Under the pieces are notes generated by a model, which was not told the DNA's origin, made no database searches, and saw nothing but the letters and a program-made list of their open reading frames with translations. From an uncultured delta proteobacterium (GTDB taxonomy: Bacteria; Desulfobacterota; Desulfomonilia; UBA1062), in assembly GCA_963798485.1 (NCBI GenBank), contig CAWCTR010000008.1, positions 96,001-160,000 on the forward strand: a stretch of 64,000 nt of DNA, written 5' to 3'. Of this stretch, positions 20,601 through 30,110 are shown piece by piece. Each line of letters opens with the position of its first letter. The stretch's first letter is position 1. Made by a program: the position numbers and the translations under genes.

Positions 20601-21033
20601 AAAAATATAATATAATCAATAGGTTGAATATTGTATATCATAAGTGACATTACTGTAAGCAATTAGTATATCGTCTGATAAACCGCATAGTTCCTGGGTT
20701 TCCTGGAACTTACATACCGTAAAGCGCACAAAGAGTAATATGATGTGTAAAAGAGGTGTGGACTATCTTAAACAGCAGGCTGGATGTAGGAGTACGGGGG
20801 TGCAGTTTTTACTATGTAGCCAGCAGTTTCATGGATCGATTGAAATATATTGAGTAGGAAAATCAGTCCGAAGAATTGATTACTCATCATCATGATTTAA
20901 GCGAGAACCTCCAATCTATTGAGTCCAAGCATATCAGGCTATCAGTTTAAATCTCTTCGCAAATTGCTAGCATTCCTAGCATTACAGGTACTATTATAAA
21001 CTAAGATTGAATGGATGTCCCAAGTAGCAGTTT

Positions 21034-21130
21034 TATTGCCTAACAATTGCTTTGCAAACAACAAATGTTAGGCAATATTTCTGTTGATTTATTGCCTAAC
21101 AATATCTATAATTAATCAGAATGTTAGGCA
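21034..21130. promoter_or_regulatory. Two tandem inverted-repeat operators TATTGCCTAACA-N20-TGTTAGGCA(ATA)
   Basis: Arms at 21034-21045/21066-21077 and 21090-21101/21122-21130, directly upstream of ATG 21141. Confidence 0.8.
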
Positions 21131-21140
21131 GAGGTCAGAT

Positions 21141-21455
21141 ATGAGTGTCATAAGGGGTATTTTAGAAGAAGAATGCGACCGGTTGGAAGAGCTTTCTGTT
21201 TTCTATAAGGAAAAGATTGCAGAAGCCCCTCGTGGATCGATATCAGTGAAGGGAAGGGGTGGAAAGAAGTATATCTATCTCGCACGTCGTGAAGACAAGA
21301 AGATCATTTTCGAGTATGTCGGGAAAGATGTTCCCGAAGTCCGAAATGCCCTCAATGAACGTATAAGGCAGAGGAAAGAATATCAGGCAAAGCTGCGCCA
21401 AGCGAGGGAAAATCTCAAGGAAGTAAAGAGGGCCCTTCGTGGAAAAAGAGCATGA
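21141..21455 (+). CDS. Small basic putative antitoxin/DNA-binding protein
   Basis: GAGG RBS; PRGSISVK..GKKYIYL..EYVGK beta-sheet motif flanked by coiled coils; overlaps the next gene. Confidence 0.7.
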   Translation: MSVIRGILEEECDRLEELSVFYKEKIAEAPRGSISVKGRGGKKYIYLARREDKKIIFEYVGKDVPEVRNALNERIRQRKEYQAKLRQARENLKEVKRALRGKRA

Positions 21456-22122
21456 TCTATTCCTCGTCATATTAGCCAAGCTCGATAAGGAAGAGGTTCT
21501 CCAGGACATCATTCTTATAGGCGGCTGGTGTCCTCTCATTTACAAGGAATATTTCGGTAACCCGGTGGAGATTTCCATGCAACGGACAGCCGATTTGGAT
21601 TTCCTGATTCCCAACCCTCCACGGATACATAAAGACGTCGATGTCTCTCTGATCTTGGAAGGTTTGGGCTTTGACAAGAAATTATCGTTGTTGGACGGTT
21701 ATGAGAAGTATGTCCATCCGGATCTGGAAGTTGAATTTCTCACACCTGAAAAGGGTAGAGGGCGGGATAAGCCCTATACAATTGATAAACTCCACATTAA
21801 TGCGCAAGGGCTGAGGTATCTGGATCTTATACAGTCTTACATAATGAAAACCGTATACAATGGAATATCAATCAATGTGCCGGAGCCGACGGCCTATGTT
21901 TTACACAAGTTCATCGTAAGCGGTAGGCGCAAGAAGTCTTTTAAGCGGGAGAAGGATATCGAAACCGCGCGACAACTTGGAGAATACCTTTTAGAGCAAG
22001 AGAAGCAGAGGAAAAGAATGCATGAGATTTATGTGGACATGGCTGATAAGTGGAAGAGAGATCTCATGAGAATCGTGAAAGGAGCTTCAGAAAAGATCTA
22101 CACATTTTTGAATTCTATTTAG
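21439..22122 (+). CDS. Nucleotidyltransferase-fold protein (GSU2403-like), putative toxin
   Basis: LIGGW..RTADLDF (G-G/S..DxD), VEFLTP, VPEPTAYVLHKF, KREKD. Confidence 0.75.
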   Translation: MEKEHDLFLVILAKLDKEEVLQDIILIGGWCPLIYKEYFGNPVEISMQRTADLDFLIPNPPRIHKDVDVSLILEGLGFDKKLSLLDGYEKYVHPDLEVEFLTPEKGRGRDKPYTIDKLHINAQGLRYLDLIQSYIMKTVYNGISINVPEPTAYVLHKFIVSGRRKKSFKREKDIETARQLGEYLLEQEKQRKRMHEIYVDMADKWKRDLMRIVKGASEKIYTFLNSI

Positions 22123-22455
22123 AAATAGTGTGCTGCAAGTGATGTCAATCCATCGTGCTGTTCCTATGGCAAAGTCACTCAGACGATGAATCTCCCATAA
22201 GTGCAATTCTCCAGCCTATGGACCGAACAGTATGCGAAAGATTTAACCGCGCACACGCAAGAAGATCAGTTGTAACGATGTGTTCATTCGTTCGCTTTCA
22301 CCATACATACGTGCTGCATGACCATACAAATATTAATACAACAGTCACTGTTAAGGTTGTCCTAGAACTATCCATATCAAGAACCTAATTTGTGCAAAAC
22401 CTGTGTAGCAAGATTATAATACCTTATAATCATTATCAATAAATTACTATGAGAA

Positions 22456-22474
22456 GGGTTCGATTCCCCCCGCC
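22456..22474 (+). repeat. att core copy 2 (duplicated tmRNA 3' fragment)
   Basis: Identical to 20575-20593; 67 bp from the integrase stop codon. Confidence 0.9.
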
Positions 22475-22541
22475 ACTTTAGTGATTAATATTAGGTAGAT
22501 ACATTATTTTACTCTCGCCCGCAACTCACCCGTAATAGGTA

Positions 22542-23666
22542 TCACTTTTTTTCAAGGATTTCCCTCTTTTTCGCGACACTTGCCTTAGCGTATGCCTCGG
22601 TGCTCTCGATTCTTGCCCAATCACCAGCAATCTGAAGCTCCGCTCGCGTGATCCCTACTTCATTCATCAGTTGAGAGGCCCGGCTTGTTTTCGTGCCACG
22701 GTACACATCAATGTTCTCCCCTGCTTTCCCACAGGCCTCTTTCCAGATTCTTCGATAGACCTTCTCAGTGTATCTTTTCCCTGGTACCCGAGAATCTCTA
22801 CAGGTGAAGAGGAAAGGGCTGAATGGATTGCTGTTCATAGCCAAATTAAGGTAAGGTTTAAACTCAGAATGGCAGGGTATGATGTGGATCTCACCAGTCT
22901 TTGTCCTATCAATCAACTGGCCATTGCTTACGCCCCTTCTGACGATAAATATATCCTGGTCTGAATCATAATCTTCTTTAAGTAAGGCACAGGCTTCTCC
23001 AGGTCTCCTAAGATGGAGATACAACCACATGAAGAAAGGTTTATCCTCTTCGGGTATATACTTTATTACTTCATTATAACGTTCTGTGGGCAACCATACC
23101 GGTTGCTTCTGTCTGATGTCATAAAGGTTCCGTTCCGGGAAAGGAGGAACAGCTTGGATACGTTCAGACTTCCAGGCATATTTTAAGCAGCAACGCAGCG
23201 TATCGACTACGTTCTTTTTATTCTTACCCGAGCCTTTGACACAGTTAAGGAGCTGCACCAGGGTATCATATTTGATCTCATGGAGCATGATTTGATTCTG
23301 TTCGAAGAAGGGAACAAGGTGCTGCTCGACAGCTGTCCTATACTTCTTATATCCGCCAGGGGTCAACGTGGGATGCCGTGCATCAAGCCAGGATCTTAGG
23401 TAAGGAATAACATCGGTATAAATTTCACCAATGTATTTCTCGATCCTAAAGACACCTCGTTCGGTATCACCTTGCATGAGGGCCATAAGTTTATCGGCCT
23501 TCCTCTTTCCGATATCATGTTTTTCAATCGGGTGGGTCTGGTACATTACCTCGGTTTCGCCGGGGTAGCGGGATATCTTGTATTCCTTGTTGTGTGGAAC
23601 ATGCCACCAGTGAACCCGCCAGTAAGGCCGGTTTACGTCTGTCCTTAGTTTGACACACCCCTTCAT
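22542..23666 (-). CDS. Tyrosine recombinase/phage-type integrase (alternative TTG start at 23744)
   Basis: LRRPGEACAL (R), TKTG (K), YRGTKTS, GDW, STEAYA (Y); GGGAGG RBS; adjacent to att. Confidence 0.88.
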   Translation of the reverse strand: MKGCVKLRTDVNRPYWRVHWWHVPHNKEYKISRYPGETEVMYQTHPIEKHDIGKRKADKLMALMQGDTERGVFRIEKYIGEIYTDVIPYLRSWLDARHPTLTPGGYKKYRTAVEQHLVPFFEQNQIMLHEIKYDTLVQLLNCVKGSGKNKKNVVDTLRCCLKYAWKSERIQAVPPFPERNLYDIRQKQPVWLPTERYNEVIKYIPEEDKPFFMWLYLHLRRPGEACALLKEDYDSDQDIFIVRRGVSNGQLIDRTKTGEIHIIPCHSEFKPYLNLAMNSNPFSPFLFTCRDSRVPGKRYTEKVYRRIWKEACGKAGENIDVYRGTKTSRASQLMNEVGITRAELQIAGDWARIESTEAYAKASVAKKREILEKK

Positions 23667-24051
23667 ACATAGACCTCCCACATTGCAATTGGGAGATATT
23701 ATGGAATTGGGCGCTATTCCCGCCAAGTTGATAGTGGTATCCAAGTGTCCTTCCTCCATTGCAGAAAAAAATAAAAACCAACTTTTTCCTCCCTTGCCCC
23801 TTTCACAGATGAATGAAGGGGAAGGGAGGAACGACCGGAGAAAGAACAGCCTGGAAGGCTCACCTTATGTGGTCACAGATTGTGGCCACGGAGGACCCCC
23901 GAAGCGCAGCAAGAAGCATGACAACAGTTTTTTGTTGGCGTGCTGCTTTCTCAGCGAGCGGAGGGGGCTTTTAGATTATTTTGATCATTTGCAAAACGTT
24001 ACAATAAGTGTTACTTTCTTCAAACGATCCATATTCTATTCTGAGGCAGAT

Positions 24052-24831
24052 ATGTATACGGGATTCATAGATGAACTTGTTGCCAAGGGACGCTTTTGCT
24101 TCACGATAGACGATATCAAGAAGCTGACGAATGGGTCCCAGCAAACGATCAGGGTTGCGCTGTATCGGCAGCAGAAAAAGGGCGAACTCGTTATGCCACA
24201 TCGGGGGTTTTATGTCATTCTGCCTCCTGAACATCGATCACGGGGTTGCCTGCCCCCGGAGCAGTTCATCCCGGACCTGATGGAGTATCTGAGAGAAACC
24301 TATTATGTCGGGCTGCTCAGTGCTGCTGAATACTATGGAGCAGCCCACCAGCGGCCCCAGGTCTTTCAGGTTATCGTTGCAAAAAGCCGCAGGCCCCTCA
24401 GATGCGGTAAAGTCACTGTACAGTTTATCTTCAGGAAGAATGCAGCCAAGATTCCGACCCAGTCGAGGAATACCCCTGCCGGGATCATAAAGATAGCCAC
24501 CCCTGAAGCCACGGCGCTGGATCTCATCGGATATGTCAAACATTGTGCAGGTCTGGACAATGTTGCCACGACACTGACAGAACTCTCTGAAAAGATCGAG
24601 GTGAAGCGTCTCATCGAGATTGCAGAACTATCACCCATTGCATGGGTGCAGAGGCTTGGGTATCTGTTCGATCGGATAGGTGAGCAGGAGAAGGCCTCTG
24701 TGCTTACAGACTACCTGATTAAAAAACACCCTTCACCCACTGCATTGATACCCACCATCACTATGAAGGGATCAAAGAAGGACGACCGGTGGCAAATTTT
24801 TGTCAATGCCGACGTGGAGTCTGAAGTTTGA
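24052..24831 (+). CDS. Type IV TA AbiEi-family antitoxin
   Basis: GRFCFT..RGFYVILPPE, YYVGLLSAAEYYGAAHQ.PQVFQV, ATPEATALDL. Confidence 0.85.
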   Translation: MYTGFIDELVAKGRFCFTIDDIKKLTNGSQQTIRVALYRQQKKGELVMPHRGFYVILPPEHRSRGCLPPEQFIPDLMEYLRETYYVGLLSAAEYYGAAHQRPQVFQVIVAKSRRPLRCGKVTVQFIFRKNAAKIPTQSRNTPAGIIKIATPEATALDLIGYVKHCAGLDNVATTLTELSEKIEVKRLIEIAELSPIAWVQRLGYLFDRIGEQEKASVLTDYLIKKHPSPTALIPTITMKGSKKDDRWQIFVNADVESEV

Positions 24832-25634
24832 TACCCCTGGCATATATCAACGAGTGGCAGCAGTTCGCCCCATGGCCGATGAGATCGCAGGTCGAGCAGG
24901 ACCTGATCATCTGCAGGGCACTTGTTGAAATATTCAATGATCCATTCCTGTCCAATGAACTCGCATTTCGTGGTGGAACAGCACTCTTCAAATTATATCT
25001 GCCACCGGCCAGGTATTCAGAAGACATCGACTTTGTACGGGTGAAGGCTGGTCCTATTGGTCCTGTCATGGATGCACTCCGGGAAAGACTCAACCCATGG
25101 CTGGGAACTCCAAAGCGAAAGCAATCAGAAGGAAGGATAACATTAATTTACAGATTTGAATCTGAGGAAGGCTTGCCGTTGAGGTTGAAGGTTGAGATCA
25201 ATTCCCGGGAGCAGTTCTCGGTTCTGGGGTTTGAAAGAAAGGATTTTACCATCAAATCGAGGTGGTATTCCGGAGGCACTTCTATCCTGACCTATCAGCT
25301 TGATGAACTACTGGGAACAAAATTACGAGCACTCTACCAGCGGAAAAAAGGGCGAGACTTGTTTGATATCTGGAAGGCATGTACGGACATGGATGCCAAT
25401 CCGGAACGGATAGTAAGTTGCTTCCTGAATTATATGGAACATGAAGGCCATACAATATCACGTGCTGAGTTTGAGAAGAACCTGTATGAAAAGTTGAACG
25501 ACCCTCGTTTCCTAGATGACATAGACCCCTTGTTGATGATTGACAGTGACTGGGATCTTCATAAAGCGATGGAGTATGTACTTGATAAAGTTGTAACATT
25601 AATCCCTGGAGATCCTTGGAAAGGTTTGTCGTAG
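24828..25634 (+). CDS. AbiEii/AbiGii-family nucleotidyltransferase toxin
   Basis: QVEQDL, AFRGGTAL, RYSEDIDF, KVEIN, TKLRALYQRKKGRDLFD. Confidence 0.9.
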   Translation: MIPLAYINEWQQFAPWPMRSQVEQDLIICRALVEIFNDPFLSNELAFRGGTALFKLYLPPARYSEDIDFVRVKAGPIGPVMDALRERLNPWLGTPKRKQSEGRITLIYRFESEEGLPLRLKVEINSREQFSVLGFERKDFTIKSRWYSGGTSILTYQLDELLGTKLRALYQRKKGRDLFDIWKACTDMDANPERIVSCFLNYMEHEGHTISRAEFEKNLYEKLNDPRFLDDIDPLLMIDSDWDLHKAMEYVLDKVVTLIPGDPWKGLS

Positions 25635-26231
25635 TCCTGCATTATAATGTGAAACAACAAAGTAAAATCTCTTGTTTGATCCTTCTTTTTTCTACTGATA
25701 TTTCCCAAGTGAACCTGATTTTTTCGGATGCATTCCTACCGCTTAAAAGAATATAAGTACAAATATTTTACCCCTTTTTTATTCATGTTCTGTCCTATCG
25801 ATTCTTCCGTGCTGATGTAATGCAACCCTGGATCAAGATAAATAGGTTTTATCAGGACATATATTGAGTACAATAATATCTGAGTTGCCTCATCAAACAC
25901 ATTAATGAATAACCTCAACAGGCAAGCCAACCATGCCCTAAACAAATTATATCTTCTCATAATAGTATCATCTGATAAATTACTGAAACATAATGGTATA
26001 AAATTACATTCCCGTTGTACACGTCAATTTATCTCGAGCAGGATTTATATTCATAAAATAATTATTATGCCTGATGCACCTCCCCAAGACATATTACAAC
26101 TTGATACGCCTGAAACAACAGCTGATCAATCTCTTTTTATCATTAATTATTAACACAGTACTCATCAATTGTCCTTATATTAATTGATAATGGCTATTGG
26201 TTGAGGGGTAAGATATGTTTACCCACAAAAA

Positions 26232-26987
26232 TCAAATAAGCCCCCAAAACATTTTGGCGGCAATTGCGTAGAGCACGATGCCAATTACTTTCTTCACCTG
26301 ACCCGCCTCAAGCTTATGTTGCATGAGCCATGATCCAAGCAGGGCACCGGCCACAGACCCAATGGCTGAAAATGCAAGCAGCGTCATATTGATCTTTTCT
26401 AGAGCAGCGTGCCCAAAAAATCCACTCAGGGAAGAAAATACCACTATGAACGCAGTAGTGGCGGAGGCACGTTTGGGGTCAAAACCAAGCCAGACTAGGG
26501 CGGGAACAATAAAGTTGCCTCCCCCCACTCCCAGGAGCCCCCCAAGATACCCTGCGCCGATACCCAGACCGATGCCCGTCTTTATCTCTCTATCCCGATG
26601 CCCAGCATGATCGATCCGGACCTGTGGTTTGTAGAAAAGCATCATGGACCCGGCAAAAATTAGAAAAAGAGAAAAAAGTATGATCAGCAAGCTCTTGGGA
26701 AACAAGTGTGCCGAATAGGCACCGAGTGGTGAAAACACAATCGCCAGAAGGATGATTGGTATAGCAGTTTTGAATACCACTAGCCTGTACCTTATGTAGT
26801 TGAACGAGGCAAAACTCATACTGAGGGCATTCAGGAGCAGGGCAACAGCCATTGCCTCCGTCAAGGGGAAGCCGAGCCAGTAGAAGGTGGGGATGATGAT
26901 GAATGCTGCCCCGACACCCGCAATTGTGAGCACTGTGGTGAAGAGAAAAACAAGTACCGATGCGATAATAATCGTGGAAGTCAGCAT
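26232..26987 (-). CDS. Sulfite exporter TauE/SafE (TSUP) family protein
   Basis: Multi-TM; AGVGAAFIIIP and GLLGVGGGNFIVP repeats. Confidence 0.88.
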   Translation of the reverse strand: MLTSTIIIASVLVFLFTTVLTIAGVGAAFIIIPTFYWLGFPLTEAMAVALLLNALSMSFASFNYIRYRLVVFKTAIPIILLAIVFSPLGAYSAHLFPKSLLIILFSLFLIFAGSMMLFYKPQVRIDHAGHRDREIKTGIGLGIGAGYLGGLLGVGGGNFIVPALVWLGFDPKRASATTAFIVVFSSLSGFFGHAALEKINMTLLAFSAIGSVAGALLGSWLMQHKLEAGQVKKVIGIVLYAIAAKMFWGLI

Positions 26988-27016
26988 TCCTCATCCCCTT
27001 TTATTTTGTTCTATAA

Positions 27017-27625
27017 TTACCTATTCGATTCGCTGCACGGGATGCAGAGCAGCTTGCCTCCGGGACCTTCCTTCAGCTTGTCCGTAAAAACGGCCTCACC
27101 GCACTCCGCACATCTCTTGGTCTCGAAGTTCCCCTTGCCTTTGGGCAGCTTCCTGGTGAACACTTCGCTCAGATTGAGAAAGTCTGCCTCGGGCAGAGAG
27201 AGTACCCGATCCACCTGGGGCTGGGTAATCTCTGCAGGGATATCCTGAGGCAGGACCCCCTCCTTCCTCTTCTGCACAAATGGTGAGGAAAGGGCCTTTT
27301 CAAAGAACTCGGGCTTGAGCGAGACTCTGATGGCCCGGTCTGTAGCTGTATCGATGAGGGTGAAGGCCATCTTGCTGTATCCCAGCTTCTTTATGTTCGA
27401 CTTGCCGTAGGTGGCTCCAGTGGCGACCATGACACCGTCCACGAAGCACCCGGCGGCATGGCCTTCTGCAGTCTCGGCCTCCACCACCAGTTCCTTGTCC
27501 TGTGAGCGTTTCACGCCGAGGACATTCATTGCGGCAAGACCGGCCCTGATCCCCATGGGCATGGCGGGGCATTTGTGTCCGTGAAATTTCAGTCCGACTT
27601 CAAAAAGTTCCTTCAGTTCGTTCAT
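27017..27625 (-). CDS. FmdE-family protein with C-terminal zinc finger
   Basis: [36 protein letters not shown]. Confidence 0.88.
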   Translation of the reverse strand: MNELKELFEVGLKFHGHKCPAMPMGIRAGLAAMNVLGVKRSQDKELVVEAETAEGHAAGCFVDGVMVATGATYGKSNIKKLGYSKMAFTLIDTATDRAIRVSLKPEFFEKALSSPFVQKRKEGVLPQDIPAEITQPQVDRVLSLPEADFLNLSEVFTRKLPKGKGNFETKRCAECGEAVFTDKLKEGPGGKLLCIPCSESNR

Positions 27626-27776
27626 AGTTATCTCCTTTCTCTTGGGTACGAATATCCTCGTAACCGAACATGCTAAAGTCTGAACTACATCGTTTGATGA
27701 TCCTTTACTCACAGCAACACTTCCTCTTTGGTCAATCAATAATACCTTTCAATTTTCTCCCGATATCTCTGCATAA

Positions 27777-28124
27777 TTATGCTTGTTTTCTGATACAGCA
27801 TGCGATCTTCATCTGCTCATCAGCCAGGTCGCACACGGCTTGTTCAACACAGGAAAGCATGGAGATAAGGCACGGCATCTTGTTGGAGTAGTAGACATTG
27901 AGGCCGTCCTTCCTTGTGGCTACGAGGCTTGTAGTCCTGAGCACAGCAAGATGCCGTGAGGTATTCGCCACCTTTTCTCCAATGATCTGTACGATATCTC
28001 CCACGGTCTTTTCCCCGGCTGCAAGAGCCTCAAAGATCCTGATCCTTACAGGATGGGCAAGAGCCTTGAGAATAATAGCCTTGTGTTCGGCAGTATCAGT
28101 TACTCTATCTTGTGCCCTTGTCAT
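27777..28124 (-). CDS. ArsR/SmtB transcriptional regulator
   Basis: LKALAHPVRIRI, SRHLAVL, RKDG..VYY; C-terminal Cys residues. Confidence 0.9.
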   Translation of the reverse strand: MTRAQDRVTDTAEHKAIILKALAHPVRIRIFEALAAGEKTVGDIVQIIGEKVANTSRHLAVLRTTSLVATRKDGLNVYYSNKMPCLISMLSCVEQAVCDLADEQMKIACCIRKQA

Positions 28125-28152
28125 GTGGAAGTTGTCTCCTTTTGAATAATTA

Positions 28153-28176
28153 CTAATTTACTGAATAGTAAATTAG
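28153..28176. promoter_or_regulatory. Perfect inverted repeat CTAATTTACT-N4-AGTAAATTAG, probable ArsR operator
   Basis: Lies about 30 bp upstream of the arsR start. Confidence 0.65.
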
Positions 28177-28335
28177 ATGCCGCATGTCAATACCGTTTAT
28201 TACTCTACCGAAAAGAAGCATTTATGCCCTACACGGAAGGAAATAGATATCACCGCAAGAAATTATCAAACTACGATGATCTAATAATTAACATCTACGT
28301 GTAGGGATATCCAATCCTAAATCCTAAAATCCACT

Positions 28336-29511
28336 TCACAAGAGAATCAGTGAAATAACAGATCCTATTAGTACGACATATAAAATGTCTACCTTCCTGA
28401 AAAGGGCTACCGTGGAGGCTGAGACTAATATGATCCTGATCAAATCCCAGTGCACTGTTACTGCAAACTTAATAGTTACAAACATAAGCAGTCCGACAAA
28501 GGAAGCCAAGATCCCCTGAGAAGCACTTATGAAGAGCCTCGATTGCTTCAGCCTATCAAAGAACGGAGCGGTAAAGACAAGTAAAATAAATGAAGGTGTG
28601 AAAATAGCGAGAGTAGCCACGAGAGCACCCAGGAGCCCATTAGTCAATAACCCGACAAAGGTTGCTGTTATGATAATCGGCCCAGGTGTGACCTGACCGA
28701 GTGCGATCCCGTTCATGAATGTCTTGCTGTCCATCCACTTCTGCACATGGACCACCTGCTGCAGCATAAGAGGCAGGGAAGAAAAACCACCCCCAAAGGC
28801 AAACAAGTCTGTCTTGAGCATGAGGAGAGCTAATTTAAAGAGATGCGTATTCAGTAGATAAAGCATTGCAAGACCAGTCAAAACCGGGAGCAACAGCCCC
28901 GCAATGTGGGCAATGGGAAACCCATGCTTTTTCTGTATAGATGCTGAAGGCGAAGGGGTTTTTGTCCACAACAAGGCAATGCCGGCTATTGAAGCACCTA
29001 TGATGATGAAGAAGGGGCTCAAGCTGAAGCTGAAAGCAACTGCGGATGCAGATGCTACGATGACATCGGCAATCCCCTTTATGGACGTTTTGCCAAATGT
29101 ATATGTTGCCATAGCCACAAGGGACACGACGATTATCTGCAGACCTGCAAATATGGATGTTATCCAGTGCAAGTCATGGGAAATGGTATAGAGCAAGGAT
29201 AGTATGGTCATGAAGAAAAAAGCAGGAAGACCAAAACCTATGTATGATAACAAGGCACCCGCCAACCCTCCTACTCTCAATCCCACAAAAGCGGCTACCT
29301 GCATGGCAGTTGCACCGGGGAGAGACTGACAAAGGACAGTACCTTCTTTAAAGGTCTCCTGGTTCAGCCATTTTTTACGCTTTACAGCGAGGTCAGAGAT
29401 ATACGCAACCATGGCAGGGCCGCCGAAGGCTGTCAAACCGAGACGGAGGAAGGAAAAGAACAAGTCCGCGAGTGGAGGCGTCTTCTTTTCCGGGGTCAGA
29501 TTGCTTGACAT
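28336..29511 (-). CDS. chrA: Chromate efflux transporter (long-chain CHR)
   Basis: FLRLGLTAFGGP, CQSLPG, FAFGGG, GQVTPGP. Confidence 0.9.
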   Translation of the reverse strand: MSSNLTPEKKTPPLADLFFSFLRLGLTAFGGPAMVAYISDLAVKRKKWLNQETFKEGTVLCQSLPGATAMQVAAFVGLRVGGLAGALLSYIGFGLPAFFFMTILSLLYTISHDLHWITSIFAGLQIIVVSLVAMATYTFGKTSIKGIADVIVASASAVAFSFSLSPFFIIIGASIAGIALLWTKTPSPSASIQKKHGFPIAHIAGLLLPVLTGLAMLYLLNTHLFKLALLMLKTDLFAFGGGFSSLPLMLQQVVHVQKWMDSKTFMNGIALGQVTPGPIIITATFVGLLTNGLLGALVATLAIFTPSFILLVFTAPFFDRLKQSRLFISASQGILASFVGLLMFVTIKFAVTVHWDLIRIILVSASTVALFRKVDILYVVLIGSVISLILL

Positions 29512-29540
29512 CGATTATTCCATAACCATATGTTCATAAT

Positions 29541-30092
29541 GTGTCAAATGCTCTGACTGAAGACATCAACCTGATCATCCGTTTCAAGGATGGGGACCTT
29601 TCAGCATTCGAGGAGCTTGTCCGGAAGAACGAGGACAGGATATACAACCTCTGCCGCTACATGCTTCGCGATATATCCGATGCACAGGATGCAGCACAGG
29701 ACACCTTCATAAAAGCCTACAAGGGCCTGAAAGACTTCCACCCCGAGGCATCTCTCTCCACATGGCTTTACCGGATCGCAGTAAACACCTGCCTTGATCA
29801 CAGAAAGAAATACCGCCGTGATCCATTGAACGGGGAGATCCTGTCAGAAGACCTGCAGTCACCCGAGCCCTCACCTGAGGGCCGTTATCACGAGAAAAAG
29901 AGCACAGAAGAATTACGTGCAGCGCTCCGGAATCTTCCTGAAAAGCTCAGATCGGCAATTGTCCTAAGGGAGGTCGAAGGGCTCTCTTATGAAGAGATCG
30001 CCGTGGTTCTCGATAGCTCCGTGGGTACAGTGAAATCGAGGATAGCACGGGCACGTGATGAGCTGAGGGTTATTTTCCACGGAAAACGGTAA
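29541..30092 (+). CDS. ECF sigma factor
   Basis: GDLSAFEELV, DAQDAAQDTF, STWLYRIAVN, GLSYEEIA..GTVKSRIARAR. Confidence 0.92.
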   Translation: MSNALTEDINLIIRFKDGDLSAFEELVRKNEDRIYNLCRYMLRDISDAQDAAQDTFIKAYKGLKDFHPEASLSTWLYRIAVNTCLDHRKKYRRDPLNGEILSEDLQSPEPSPEGRYHEKKSTEELRAALRNLPEKLRSAIVLREVEGLSYEEIAVVLDSSVGTVKSRIARARDELRVIFHGKR

Positions 30093-30110
30093 GCTAAAAA
30101 TAATTTTCAC

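Larger units (their letters stand above)
20594..22474. mobile_element. Integrase-less ~1.9-kb islet integrated at the tmRNA 3' end
   Basis: Flanked by 19-bp direct repeats; AT-rich; carries only a two-gene module. Confidence 0.7.

Noticed and set aside
20365-20662. Minus-strand ORFs (VEAGGIEPPS...)
   Set aside because: Antisense shadows of tmRNA
22155-22388. 77-aa ORF inside the islet
   Set aside because: No recognisable motif or RBS; likely non-coding or decayed
23650-24051. 134-aa N-terminal extension on AbiEi in the ORF track
   Set aside because: Covers the structured intergenic region and the integrase start; RBS and family similarity begin at ATG 24052
25635-26231. Short ORFs in AT-rich DNA after AbiEii
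   Set aside because: No RBS or recognisable motif; cannot be supported
28313-28332. Short tandem AATCCTAA repeat
   Set aside because: Only about 2.5 units; not a CRISPR or iteron array
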